Part shown: positions 19,028 to 29,136 of the stretch, piece after piece | Layout: every line of letters starts with the position of its first letter | How positions within the stretch are numbered: the stretch's first letter is position 1 | From: Marinobacter sp. | GTDB lineage: Bacteria > Pseudomonadota > Gammaproteobacteria > Pseudomonadales > Oleiphilaceae | Assembly: GCF_048266785.1 (NCBI RefSeq) | Contig: NZ_JBLWYX010000009.1 | Coordinates: 52,325 to 116,324 of the forward strand | Length of the DNA stretch: 64,000 bases | Direction of reading: 5' to 3' | Program-made: the position numbers and the translations under genes | The notes under the pieces: model-generated | The model's database searches: none | What the model was told of the DNA's origin: nothing | Seen by the model: only the letters and a program-made list of their open reading frames with translations

Positions 19028-20074
19028 ATGGATTCGGAGAAGACAGACAAAAGGATTCGGAAATTGCGATATACCGACGGCTCATTAATGTGTTTCAACA
19101 CGAGTTTCAGGCCGTTGGCCTATCTGGGTTTTTTGCTCGTGTTTTTATCAGCGCCGCTATGGGGCCGCGTTGATGAGATAGATGATGCCAGCGATATCAT
19201 TGAAGTGCCCTCGATACCGCAAAATTCCTCTGCCTTTCCCGTTCCGATAAATCCCCCTTCCCAGGACTATGTGCTTTGGTACCGGAATTACGACAGTCCG
19301 CCAATTCACGCCTTGGTTAGCCTTGCGCTGGAGAAAACACCCGAGTATGGAGAATTTCGCATTCTTCGAAGCGGGGAACTCAGTCAGGGGCGTGCCCTAC
19401 GTGAGCTCGCGCGAAACAGCAATCGCATGGTGGATATCGCCAATGTGGCTACATCGGTAGAGCGCGAGACCTTTCTTACGTCGATACCGATTCCCGTGGA
19501 TGGCGGGTTACTCGGTTTTCGTGTGTGCGTTGTTACACCTGAAAGCCTTCCATTGTTTGCTGACATTCTTTCTCTTGAGGATCTTCGCGATAGCGGCGTG
19601 AGAATTGGTCAAGGTACGCACTGGCCCGACACGTTGGTTTTGAAAGAGAACCACATCCCGGTGATAACCCATTCACGTTATGAAATTCTGTTTGGAATGT
19701 TGAGGAACCATCGTTTCGACTGCTTCGCCAGGGGCGTGAGCGAGGTTGTGAATGACCTCGCGGTGGAGAACGACTCGGAGCTGGTGATAGAGCCAAGCCT
19801 GGTACTGGCTTATCCCATGCCTTCGTATCTGTTTGTGGGGCCTGATGATCATCTAACCGCCCATCGACTGCAACTGGGGATGGAGCGCGCCATCCGGGAT
19901 GGCAGTTTTGGTGCTTTTCTCCAACGGTATTACGGTGCTGCGGTTGAAGCTCTGGATCTGGATAAACGCACGGTGATCGTTCTGGAGAATCCTTTCCTGA
20001 CGGACGAGTCCGCCAGCCTCGGGCGCCAGACACTGAACAATCTGCGCAGGCGCCTTGAGTTACTTAATCGCTGA
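19028..20074 (+). CDS. Orphan periplasmic solute-binding protein (family 3-like)
   Basis: Signal/TM segment; SQGRAL, IPVDGGLLGFR, GQGTHWPD, RFDCFARG, YPMPSYLFV; start uncertain. Confidence 0.7.
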   Translation: MDSEKTDKRIRKLRYTDGSLMCFNTSFRPLAYLGFLLVFLSAPLWGRVDEIDDASDIIEVPSIPQNSSAFPVPINPPSQDYVLWYRNYDSPPIHALVSLALEKTPEYGEFRILRSGELSQGRALRELARNSNRMVDIANVATSVERETFLTSIPIPVDGGLLGFRVCVVTPESLPLFADILSLEDLRDSGVRIGQGTHWPDTLVLKENHIPVITHSRYEILFGMLRNHRFDCFARGVSEVVNDLAVENDSELVIEPSLVLAYPMPSYLFVGPDDHLTAHRLQLGMERAIRDGSFGAFLQRYYGAAVEALDLDKRTVIVLENPFLTDESASLGRQTLNNLRRRLELLNR

Positions 20075-20091
20075 TTATCAGCCCATAAAAA

Positions 20092-21978
20092 TCAGACCCG
20101 GAAGCGTGATACGTTGCCGTCGAGGGTTTGTCCGATCTGCTCGATTTGGCCGCTGTAAACATCGTTTTCACTTGCCGCAGCTGCAGCCTCCTGGCCCAGG
20201 TCAGCAATCCGGGTAATCGAGGAGTTCAGCTCTTCCGTAACCGACGTTTGCTCTTCCGATGCCGTGGCAATCTGGGATGTCATCTGGCTTATCGAAGTGA
20301 TTGCGTCCGCAATCCGATTCAGCGACTCCATCGCATCCTGTGCCTTCTCCATACTGACATTGGAGACAGCAGTGGACGCTTTCATAACGTCAACGGCATC
20401 TTTGGCGCCTTTTTGCAGGCGTTCAATCATGTTATTGATTTCTTCAGTGCTGCTTTGAGTGCGTTGGGCGAGGTTTCTCACCTCATCAGCAACAACCGCA
20501 AACCCCCGCCCGGCATCACCGGCTCGAGCTGCTTCAATCGCCGCATTCAGGGCCAGCAGGTTCGTCTGCTGGGCAATGCCCTGGATGACTTCGAGCACGG
20601 ACGTTATGGACGTAACATCTCTACCCAGTGTGTCGATTACCTCTGCAGCGGCACTGACTTCATGGGACAGTTTCTGGACGGCATCCCGCGATGCCGCAAC
20701 AGTTTCCAGAGAGGCGCGGCTGTCTTCATCGGCCGTATTCGCCGCGTCAGCTGTTTGCTGGGCGTTCTGGGCGATTTCGTTGGCGGCTGCGGACATTTCG
20801 TTAATGGCCGCAGCGACCATATCCACTTCCGCCTGCTGGCTATCAACACTGTTGCGGCTGGTTTTCGCCGTATTTCGAAGTGAAGTTACGTTTGTTGCCA
20901 GCTCTGTGCTGCCCTGCTGCACTTCAAGAACAACATCGTGAATCTTCTTCACAAACTGATTGAAGCTTGCCGCAAGCTCGCCAAACTCATCACGGGCACT
21001 GTCGTCAAGCCGTTGAGTCAGGTCCGCATCGTTTGAGCCGATATCTGCCATCGCAGCATTCAGGCGCCGAACCGGGACCATCAGAGCACGTATGCCCATA
21101 TGAAGAACAACAAGAGATACCAAAAGCCCGACAATCGCGATAATCAGGCCCGTCATGATTGCGCTGCGAACCGGGGCATTCAGCTTGTCTTCATTAACGA
21201 AGGTTCCCAGGTACCAGTCCACACCGCGAGCCTGACTGATGCGATGGAAACTGGCGCTCCAGGGAGTGTCATCTTTCTGGTAGGCATGCTCGCCCCCGTC
21301 CAGTTTCGGGGATTGGCCGAGCAGCGAGCTGATGTTTTTACCGATAAGATCCCGTTCCGGATGGTAAAGCACAGTGCCCTCGCGGTTGATAAGTGCGGCA
21401 TAGCCCGTGCCGGCCAGATTGATTACAGACAGCATGTCATCAATGGCTTTCAGCGTAATATCACCACCTGCAACACCCGTATTTTCGCCGCGTGCAATGG
21501 GCGCAAGTGTGGAAATGACGATCTCACCGGTGGCTGCATCAAGGTATGGCTCGGTAAATGATGAGCGCCCGAGCTCTATAGCTTTCTTGTACCATGGGCG
21601 CACTCGAGGATCGTAGTCTGATGGCAGAGAAGCCTCATCCGCTTCTGTTTTCATGAGCATGTAGCCATCGTTACGGCCGACATACACATCCTTGAAGTTA
21701 CCCCCGGTCGAAATTGCCCCGAGCAAGGTGCGGGCTTGCTGATCCCCCGTCACCGTTTCCAGTGCCTTGGCTGTGGCTTCGGTCATCTTTAGCCGAGTAT
21801 TGAGCCAATCGGCAATACTCGACGTATTCTGCTCCGCCGTGTTTTCAATCAAGGCATCGACATAGGTTTCAGTCGTGTTCTGCAACCTGAGATTGCCGGA
21901 AATGGTGAAGGCAGCCATCACCAGAACAAGCAGGATACTGAAGGTGACCAACAGCTTTTGACCAAAGTTTAGAGGCAC
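20092..21978 (-). CDS. Methyl-accepting chemotaxis protein, dCache sensor (PctA-like)
   Basis: Two [12 protein letters not shown] and FTEPYLDA amino-acid-type dCache motif, HAMP, MCP signalling domain. Confidence 0.93.
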   Translation of the reverse strand: MPLNFGQKLLVTFSILLVLVMAAFTISGNLRLQNTTETYVDALIENTAEQNTSSIADWLNTRLKMTEATAKALETVTGDQQARTLLGAISTGGNFKDVYVGRNDGYMLMKTEADEASLPSDYDPRVRPWYKKAIELGRSSFTEPYLDAATGEIVISTLAPIARGENTGVAGGDITLKAIDDMLSVINLAGTGYAALINREGTVLYHPERDLIGKNISSLLGQSPKLDGGEHAYQKDDTPWSASFHRISQARGVDWYLGTFVNEDKLNAPVRSAIMTGLIIAIVGLLVSLVVLHMGIRALMVPVRRLNAAMADIGSNDADLTQRLDDSARDEFGELAASFNQFVKKIHDVVLEVQQGSTELATNVTSLRNTAKTSRNSVDSQQAEVDMVAAAINEMSAAANEIAQNAQQTADAANTADEDSRASLETVAASRDAVQKLSHEVSAAAEVIDTLGRDVTSITSVLEVIQGIAQQTNLLALNAAIEAARAGDAGRGFAVVADEVRNLAQRTQSSTEEINNMIERLQKGAKDAVDVMKASTAVSNVSMEKAQDAMESLNRIADAITSISQMTSQIATASEEQTSVTEELNSSITRIADLGQEAAAAASENDVYSGQIEQIGQTLDGNVSRFRV

Positions 21979-22092
21979 AGTTTACTCCCGATGGTTGTTG
22001 CACTGGTTTTCGGCAGCTTGTGCGAACTCTTTAGTTCCTTCTGATAAACTTGGTCGTTAATTCCATTCCCCGCCGTACAGGAGCCCCGCTGA

Positions 22093-23613
22093 ATGGCCCA
22101 TGAAGAACTGCATCTCAATCTGCGCAACCTGACACTTGATGATTACGAGCAACTTCAGGTGTTAATGGATCGTGTTTATGACGATATTGGCGGCGCCTGG
22201 CCAAAGGACACCATCAAGGCACTGGTTGAACAGTTCCCGGATGGCCAGATTTGCATTGAGGACAAAGGCCAGCTCGTTGCCGTCGCGCTCACCGTGTCTG
22301 TTAAATATGAGCGATTCAGCAACCCTCATACTTATGACGATCTGATTAAACGGAACGAACAGATCAGGCATGACCCGAAAGGTGACTCCCTTTATGGGCT
22401 GGATGTATTCATTCACCCGGAGTACCGCGGCTACCGCCTTGGGCGGCGATTGTATGAAGCTCGCAAAGAGCTGTGCCGGTCCATAAACTTGCGCGCCATC
22501 CTTGCTGGTGGGCGCATACCTGGGTATTTCAAGTATTCAGATCAGTATTCACCTGCTGAATACATTGACCGGGTTGATCGCAGAGATATTTACGATCCGA
22601 TTCTGAGCTTCCAATTGTCGAACGACTTTCAGGTCACCCGACTGATGCACAAATACCTCCCGGAGGATGAAAAATCCCAGGGGTACGCCACCTTGCTGGA
22701 ATGGCGGAACATCCTCTATACCCCGCCCTCGTCGGTGCTGAACGAAAAGAAAACGCAGGTCCGGATGGGCGCAGTTCAGTGGCAGATGCGTGAATTCGGT
22801 TCCGTTGAAGAGGTGCTGGAACAGGTTGAGTACTTCGTGGATGCGCTGTCTGATTACAAGAGCGACTTCGCACTCTTCCCTGAGTTTTTTAATGCACCGT
22901 TGATGGGACTGACCGATCAGGTGGATCAGACCCGCGCTATTCGGTTCCTTGCAGGGTTTACCCAGCAATTCCGGGACAGAATGTCTGATATGGCGGTCAG
23001 CTATAACATCAACATCATCACTGGCTCCATGCCGCTGCTTGAGAACGACCGGGTTTATAATGTGTCTTATCTGTGCCACCGCGATGGCCGAGTGGACGAG
23101 CAACGCAAGATCCACATTACGCCCCACGAACGTCGTGACTGGGTTGTTGAAGGCGGGAACAAGTTTGAAGTCTTCGATACAGATTCCGGGCGCGTTGCGA
23201 TTCTCATCTGTTATGACATTGAGTTCCCTGAGCTGGGCCGAATTGCCGCAATTAATGAAGTTGACATTATTTGTGTGCCCTTCTGGACAGACACCAAAAA
23301 CGGCTATTTGCGGGTTCGTCATTGCGCCCAGGCCCGGGCCATTGAAAACGAATGTTATGTGGTGATCACCGGCAGTGTCGGGAACCTGCCAAAAGTGGAA
23401 AACCTTGACGTGCAATATGCGCAATCGTCGGTGTTCTCGCCATCTGATTTCGCTTTCCCTCACGACGCAGTAATGGCAGAGACAACGCCCAATACCGAGA
23501 TGATCATGTTCTCGGATATGGACCTGGAAAAGCTCACATTGGTAAGGAACGAAGGGTCAGTAACCAACCTTAAAGACCGAAGAATTGACATGTACGAAAT
23601 TATCACCCGTTAG
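22093..23613 (+). CDS. GNAT acetyltransferase fused to carbon-nitrogen hydrolase (nitrilase superfamily)
   Basis: N-terminal GNAT (VFIHPEYRGYRLG); C-terminal E-K-C triad (FPEFF, QRKIHITP, ICYDIEFP). Confidence 0.9.
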   Translation: MAHEELHLNLRNLTLDDYEQLQVLMDRVYDDIGGAWPKDTIKALVEQFPDGQICIEDKGQLVAVALTVSVKYERFSNPHTYDDLIKRNEQIRHDPKGDSLYGLDVFIHPEYRGYRLGRRLYEARKELCRSINLRAILAGGRIPGYFKYSDQYSPAEYIDRVDRRDIYDPILSFQLSNDFQVTRLMHKYLPEDEKSQGYATLLEWRNILYTPPSSVLNEKKTQVRMGAVQWQMREFGSVEEVLEQVEYFVDALSDYKSDFALFPEFFNAPLMGLTDQVDQTRAIRFLAGFTQQFRDRMSDMAVSYNINIITGSMPLLENDRVYNVSYLCHRDGRVDEQRKIHITPHERRDWVVEGGNKFEVFDTDSGRVAILICYDIEFPELGRIAAINEVDIICVPFWTDTKNGYLRVRHCAQARAIENECYVVITGSVGNLPKVENLDVQYAQSSVFSPSDFAFPHDAVMAETTPNTEMIMFSDMDLEKLTLVRNEGSVTNLKDRRIDMYEIITR

Positions 23614-23716
23614 GTGTTGAAGAACCGCCGTATGGCACTGATGGCGTTGCAAAACCTTTGGCCAGTGTCTATTGTTTAATCAATATCAAGTCAGCCTTTG
23701 CAGAGACTCAGTATTC

Positions 23717-24115
23717 ATGAAAGAAGCGTTGCCCGATCTTGTCGCCCGTTTCAGAATCCGGCAGGGCCTGTTCCGCAAGGAGCAGGTCGAGGCCGCGCTT
23801 TTTGAATTGGATGCTTACGGTTGCGTTATGAAGACGGACAAGATGTTCAATCCCGGCGATACCGTTGTGCTTGATCTGATTATGGACATGCCGTTTGATA
23901 ACATTCGTGCTGAAAATATTACAGGTTTAATTACCGAGCGTAGAAAGCACTGCAGCAACTTCTTCTATTCTATTGATTTTGTTGAGTTAAACTCTGATGG
24001 CGGCACGGCACTCGAAGAAAAGCTGCGCCGTATCAGAGAGGTACTTTCAAAAAAGCAGTCGTTGAAATCACGTCGTTCTTCAGGTTCCATGCCCGGCTTC
24101 CGGCAGATGGCCTGA
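23717..24115 (+). CDS. PilZ-like beta-barrel protein, degenerate
   Basis: ELDAYGC in the position of DxSxxG, PGDTVVLDL, YSIDF; probable start ATG 23717 (ORF track 23672). Confidence 0.5.
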   Translation: MKEALPDLVARFRIRQGLFRKEQVEAALFELDAYGCVMKTDKMFNPGDTVVLDLIMDMPFDNIRAENITGLITERRKHCSNFFYSIDFVELNSDGGTALEEKLRRIREVLSKKQSLKSRRSSGSMPGFRQMA

Positions 24116-24155
24116 TCACTATTTTCGTTCTACCTGCCTGCAAGGAGACAATCTC

Positions 24156-24797
24156 ATGGCGAAGAAAGCCAAGGCGAGTGTTGAAAAGATCGTAAAAAAA
24201 GTTAACAAGGAATTTGAGAAAACCTCATCCCAGATCGAAGGTCTGGTCAGCGATGCGATGAAGCAGCTCGATACACTGCAACATCAGGTTCAGGAGCCGA
24301 TTCGCAAACTTCTTAAAGAAGTTGATGAAGTGCGCGAGCGGGAAATGAAACGTTTTAATGACGAATTCGAGCGTCGTCTGGACGAGTTCCATGAACTGCA
24401 ATCCAACATTCTTGAACGTCTGGGCGTTGCTTCGAAAGAAGACATCCGCAAGGCTGAAAAAGAAAGTAAAAAAGACAGCAACAAAGTGAAAGCGGCTAAG
24501 GCAAGCACCCCTGCCAAGAAGCCTGCAGCGAAAAAACCAACGCCTAAAAAAGCGCCGGCCAAAAAGCCTGCTGCAAAAAAAGCACCCGCTGCCAAGACTC
24601 CAAAGCCCGTGGATAAAAGCGATCTCACGCTGGTTAAAGGCGTCGGACCGGCTACCGCCAAAAAGATGAAAGAAGCCGGAATCACGTCCATCGATCAGAT
24701 TGCCAACCCATCGGCGGCTGATCAGGAAAAGCTGAATGCTTTCTCGAATATCAAAGGATTTGATCAACTCAGTGCCGAAGCCAAGAAAATTAACTGA
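24156..24797 (+). CDS. Phasin/PhaF-like coiled coil, AKKP-repeat linker and C-terminal helix-hairpin-helix protein
   Basis: LGVASKEDI, repeats AKKPAAKK..., DLTLVKGVGPATAKKMKEAGI. Confidence 0.7.
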   Translation: MAKKAKASVEKIVKKVNKEFEKTSSQIEGLVSDAMKQLDTLQHQVQEPIRKLLKEVDEVREREMKRFNDEFERRLDEFHELQSNILERLGVASKEDIRKAEKESKKDSNKVKAAKASTPAKKPAAKKPTPKKAPAKKPAAKKAPAAKTPKPVDKSDLTLVKGVGPATAKKMKEAGITSIDQIANPSAADQEKLNAFSNIKGFDQLSAEAKKIN

Positions 24798-27073
24798 TGC
24801 GAACGCCTGACCAGCCTGTTTTACGGGACATTGTCCTGATTGGCGGCGGGCACAGCCACGTCGGGGTACTCAAACGGTTTGCAATGAAACCGGTGCCCGG
24901 CGTTCGGCTGACCCTCATTTGCCGCGATACCCACACGCCCTACTCCGGAATGCTGCCTGGCTACGTGGCAGGACACTACAGCTACGACGATGTGCACATC
25001 GATCTTAGCCGCCTGGCAGAGTATGCAGGTGCACGCTTTTACCGGGCCGAAGCCTATGGTATTGATCGCTCCAGCAAGCGGGTAATCTGTAAAGGCCGTC
25101 CGGATGTGCCTTACGACATACTGTCGATCAATATCGGTTCATCCCCCAGAGTGAATGAAGTGGACGGGGCGTCGCAGTACGCGGTGCCGGTCAAGCCAAT
25201 TACAGGTTTCAATAACCGCTGGCTCGCCCTTCTTTCACGCATTGAAAATCATGAAGGGCCGCTCACGATTGGTGTTGTGGGCGCGGGTGCTGGTGGTGTT
25301 GAGCTGACGCTGGCAATGCAGTACCGACTCAGAAACGAGTTGGAACAGCGCGGCCGGGATCCCGGCCAACTGCATTTCCACTTATTTGATGCTGCCAATG
25401 AAATTCTCCCCACTCACAATGAAAAAGTGCGCGAGATCTTTCGGAAGACCCTCTCCGAGCGTGGGGTAAAGCTACATCTCGGCTCACCAGTAGAAAAAGT
25501 CAGTGAAGGGTTTTTACGCACAGCCGCTGGCGAATCCTTGCAGACAGACGAAGTTCTCTGGGTAACCCGAGCCGGCGGCCCGGCATGGTTGGAGGAAACA
25601 GGGCTGGCACTGGATGACGGCCAGTTCCTCAGAGTGCGGGACACCCTGCAGGTTGAAAATGATGACAATATATTCGCGGCGGGCGATATTGCTAATGTAG
25701 TCAATCACCCCCGCGAAAAAGCCGGTGTGTTTGCGGTGCGCCAGGGCCCGCCTCTGGCAGATAACCTCAAACGCATGGCTTTGGGCCAAACGCCCAAAGA
25801 TTTCCACCCTCAGAAAAAGTGGCTGGCACTGATCAGCACCGGCGACAAATACGCTGTTGCCTCTCGCGGTGATATGCAATTTGATGGCGCCCTGGTGTGG
25901 CGCTGGAAGGACTGGATAGACCGTCGCTTCATGCAGAAATTTACAGACCTCCCGGCTATGGATGATGGGGGTGTGCTGCCCGATACTGCCGCAGCACAAA
26001 ATCCGGAGGAAGCGTCTCAGGCTATTTCTGCCGTTGCCATGCGTTGTGGTGGTTGCGGCGCAAAGGTTGGCAGTACGGTTCTTTCAAGGGCGTTGGGTGA
26101 GCTCCGGCCCATTGAGCGAGACGATATTCTTATTGGCCTGCACGCACCGGATGATGCCGCCGTTCTGCGGGTTCCACCCGGCAAAGCCGTAGTACATACC
26201 GTGGATTTCTTCCGCGCCTTTATTGATGACCCTTACACGTTTGGTCGCGTTGCTGCCAACCACGCCTTGGGTGACGTCTTTGCCATGGGCGCTGAAGCAC
26301 AAAGTGCGACCGCAGTGGCCACGGTACCATATGGCATTGAGTCCAAAGTGGAGGACGTGGTTTTCCAGATGATGTCGGGTGCAGTGGATGTATTAAATGA
26401 AGCCGGTTGTGCTTTAGTCGGTGGCCACACGGGTGAAGGCCGCGAGCTTGCCTTGGGTTTTGCGGTGAATGGCCTTATTGACCCCGATGAAGTGATGAGC
26501 AAAGGCGGTTTGCGGGCCGGTGATGTTCTGATCCTCACCAAACCCATTGGCACCGGAACTTTGTTTGCCGCTCACGCACGCCTGGCAGCCAAAGGCCGCT
26601 GGATTGATTCCGCCCTCGCTTCCATGGTGCAGTCGAATAAGAAAGCCGCAGATTGCCTGCGCAGTTTCGGCTCCAAAGCCTGTACGGATGTGACCGGTTT
26701 CGGCTTGCTGGGCCATCTGGTGGAAATGACGCGGCCGTCCGGTGTGGACGCCGAGTTGGATCTATCAGCAATCCCCATTCTGCCGGGTGCGGAAGAAACG
26801 GCCGCAGCAGGCATTCTCAGTTCCCTGCAACCGGCCAACATACGGCTGCGCCGGGGTATCCGGGATCAGGAAAAGTGGGTGAAGCACCCGCGCTACGCCC
26901 TGATCTTTGATCCACAGACTGCCGGCGGCTTGCTGGCGAGTGTCTCGGCCGATAAGGCGGAAAACTGTGTCCGGGAGCTCAAAGCCCTGGGTTATCCACA
27001 CACCGCAGTCATCGGGCGGGTTTTGCCCCAGGATGAAAGCGGGCCGATTGAGCCGATTACTCTAAGAGAATGA
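24797..27073 (+). CDS. selD: Selenide, water dikinase with N-terminal FAD-dependent (NDH-2-like) oxidoreductase domain
   Basis: N-terminal IGGGHSH, PYSGMLPG, FAAGD; C-terminal MRCGGCGAKVG, DDAA, LVGGHT, TKPIGTG, DVTGFGLLGHL, DPQTAGGLL. Confidence 0.95.
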   Translation: MRTPDQPVLRDIVLIGGGHSHVGVLKRFAMKPVPGVRLTLICRDTHTPYSGMLPGYVAGHYSYDDVHIDLSRLAEYAGARFYRAEAYGIDRSSKRVICKGRPDVPYDILSINIGSSPRVNEVDGASQYAVPVKPITGFNNRWLALLSRIENHEGPLTIGVVGAGAGGVELTLAMQYRLRNELEQRGRDPGQLHFHLFDAANEILPTHNEKVREIFRKTLSERGVKLHLGSPVEKVSEGFLRTAAGESLQTDEVLWVTRAGGPAWLEETGLALDDGQFLRVRDTLQVENDDNIFAAGDIANVVNHPREKAGVFAVRQGPPLADNLKRMALGQTPKDFHPQKKWLALISTGDKYAVASRGDMQFDGALVWRWKDWIDRRFMQKFTDLPAMDDGGVLPDTAAAQNPEEASQAISAVAMRCGGCGAKVGSTVLSRALGELRPIERDDILIGLHAPDDAAVLRVPPGKAVVHTVDFFRAFIDDPYTFGRVAANHALGDVFAMGAEAQSATAVATVPYGIESKVEDVVFQMMSGAVDVLNEAGCALVGGHTGEGRELALGFAVNGLIDPDEVMSKGGLRAGDVLILTKPIGTGTLFAAHARLAAKGRWIDSALASMVQSNKKAADCLRSFGSKACTDVTGFGLLGHLVEMTRPSGVDAELDLSAIPILPGAEETAAAGILSSLQPANIRLRRGIRDQEKWVKHPRYALIFDPQTAGGLLASVSADKAENCVRELKALGYPHTAVIGRVLPQDESGPIEPITLRE

Positions 27074-27075
27074 GC

Positions 27076-28065
27076 TTAAAGGGTGCTTCTCTCGGAGCTG
27101 CGCTGCACCGCAAGGGACAGCGCCTGCTCCAGGGATTCCCGCTCTTTTTCCGGCGTAAACAGGCTGGCAAGCTGAGCAACCTGTTTACGTAACGTCTCCA
27201 AAAACTCCGTATCACTTTCCGCACGCAAGAGTAGCTCGGCGAGTGCCTGGGTGTCCCCAACCGGGTAGTAGCCGGCGTAATCCTCACCAAGTAACCCGGT
27301 ATTCCCGGAAATATCCGAGGCAATAACCGGCAGGCCGGCACGACAGGCTTCCGAAACAACGTTCGCCCCACCCTCCATCACCGAGCTCATCACCAGCAAT
27401 TGGCTTTCAACCATCAACTGGTCTATCTGCCCTTTTTCCAGTTCGCCGAGCCATCTGAAACGGGGGTTCTCCTGCATTTCCTGTTTCGCGAGATTTTCCC
27501 AATATGCATCGTGGGGTTTGCCCGCACACGAGACGCGGATGCGAGATTTGGAGGGTAACAACCTGGACGCCAGAGCTGCCCGCAGCGAATCTTTTTCATC
27601 CCGTAGATGGCCGATGACGCAAACATCAAAACAAGATGAGTCAGAAACTGCTGTTCCAGCGGGGCCGTCAGACTGTTCAGCCGACTGAAAAAGCGTAACC
27701 AGTTTGTCCCGAACATGCTCTGGAATATCGCGGCCAACCTGTGCGTGCAAACCAATCAACGCATCGGCCGCCTGCATGGAATAGAGGGTTTGTTCAGGAT
27801 ATTCGTACTGGTGCCGGTAGATATCCGTTCCTGTGAGCGCCACAACCAAGGGCTTGCCGGGCCATGTGTCCCTGAATAGGCGAACGGCCTCATGGCTGCG
27901 CCACGCATGCAGAGCTATAAAAAGATCACAAGGCTCACCGTTATAGGCGGTCACAACAGAGACCTTATGCCCCGCCTGCTCCAGCAACGTTTGCCAACGC
28001 TCTGCGGTTGCCCGGTTGCCGGCTTTCGAGCCCGGGCCTGCCGGCGTGATCATGATGATATCCAT
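27076..28065 (-). CDS. senB: Selenosugar synthase SenB-type glycosyltransferase (TIGR04348-like)
   Basis: ITPAGPGSKAGNRATAERW, ALHAWRS, LTGTDIY, GHLRDEKD, SSVMEGGANVVSEA; adjacent to selD. Confidence 0.88.
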   Translation of the reverse strand: MDIIMITPAGPGSKAGNRATAERWQTLLEQAGHKVSVVTAYNGEPCDLFIALHAWRSHEAVRLFRDTWPGKPLVVALTGTDIYRHQYEYPEQTLYSMQAADALIGLHAQVGRDIPEHVRDKLVTLFQSAEQSDGPAGTAVSDSSCFDVCVIGHLRDEKDSLRAALASRLLPSKSRIRVSCAGKPHDAYWENLAKQEMQENPRFRWLGELEKGQIDQLMVESQLLVMSSVMEGGANVVSEACRAGLPVIASDISGNTGLLGEDYAGYYPVGDTQALAELLLRAESDTEFLETLRKQVAQLASLFTPEKERESLEQALSLAVQRSSERSTL

Positions 28066-28260
28066 AGCGCCCTTTGGTATAACGAGGCCCTTTCAGAGCC
28101 GGGACAGAATTTTGATAGACTTGCATGGAATTTCATGGGAATAGTGCCCGGATACTTGACCTATTTATACCCGTAATCCGTATAGCTGTTCAGGGTTGGG
28201 GGGAATCAGAGTATCCTGCACCTTTGCTTTATCAATCACATAACCGGTCGAGGATTTCAA

Positions 28261-29136
28261 ATGGCTTTGAATCTTATACGGAAGTTGATGGTTTCCAGCT
28301 TGTTCTGTTTCACCGCTGCTTCGGCAACGGCAGAGACGTTTGTGTTCACTGCGATCCCCGATGAAGATGAAACAAAACTCGTAGAGCGGTTTCGCGGTGT
28401 AGCGGCTTATCTCTCTGAGCAACTGGATGTGGATGTTCGCTACATTCCGGTCAAGTCTTACGCGGCGGCTGTTTCAGCGTTCCGTAACAACCAGGTTCAG
28501 TTGGCTTGGTTCGGTGGCCTTTCAGGCGTTCAGGCGCGCCGATTGGTGCCGGGCTCTGAAGCCATCGCCCAAGGTGTGGAAGACGAAGCATTTGAGACCT
28601 ACTTTATTGCCAATACCAATACGGGTATCGAGCCAGCCGACGAACTCTCCGGGCTGAAAGACCAGCTGCAGGGCAAAACCTTTACCTTTGGCTCCAAAGG
28701 TTCAACCTCTGGCCGGCTCATGCCGGAATTCTACGTTCGGGATACCTTTGGTGAGAAGCCAGAAGACTTCTTCTCGCGCGTTGGTTTCAGCGGCAATCAC
28801 ACCCGCACCCTTCGTCTGGTTGAAGCCGGCACCTACGAGGTAGGCGCACTCAACTTCCAGGTTTGGGAGAAAGAGCTGAGTGATGGAAACATTGATACCG
28901 ACGCAGTCCAGGTTATCTGGAAAACACCCGCCTACCCTGATTATCAGTGGACAATCCGTGGCGACGTGGACGAGCGCTTTGGTGAAGGCTTCAAACAGCG
29001 TGTTACCGAGGCACTGTTGAATCTTGATAACCCGGAGCTTCTGGAAAGCTTTCCGCGTTCGGGCTTTATTCCTGCCTCCAATGACGACTATGAGCCGATT
29101 CGTAAAACAGCCGAAGAGATTGGAATCCTCGATTAA
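28261..29136 (+). CDS. PhnD-like ABC substrate-binding protein, putative selenate/selenium oxyanion type
   Basis: Signal peptide; FVFTAIPDEDET, LAWFGGLSGVQAR, FGSKGSTSGRLMP; selD/senB context. Confidence 0.8.
   Translation: MALNLIRKLMVSSLFCFTAASATAETFVFTAIPDEDETKLVERFRGVAAYLSEQLDVDVRYIPVKSYAAAVSAFRNNQVQLAWFGGLSGVQARRLVPGSEAIAQGVEDEAFETYFIANTNTGIEPADELSGLKDQLQGKTFTFGSKGSTSGRLMPEFYVRDTFGEKPEDFFSRVGFSGNHTRTLRLVEAGTYEVGALNFQVWEKELSDGNIDTDAVQVIWKTPAYPDYQWTIRGDVDERFGEGFKQRVTEALLNLDNPELLESFPRSGFIPASNDDYEPIRKTAEEIGILD

Noticed and set aside
24795-24799. TGA immediately before selD as a possible selenocysteine codon
   Set aside because: The TGA is the stop of the upstream gene in a different frame (TGATG overlap). 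SelD has Cys (CGGCGAK) and no in-frame TGA.
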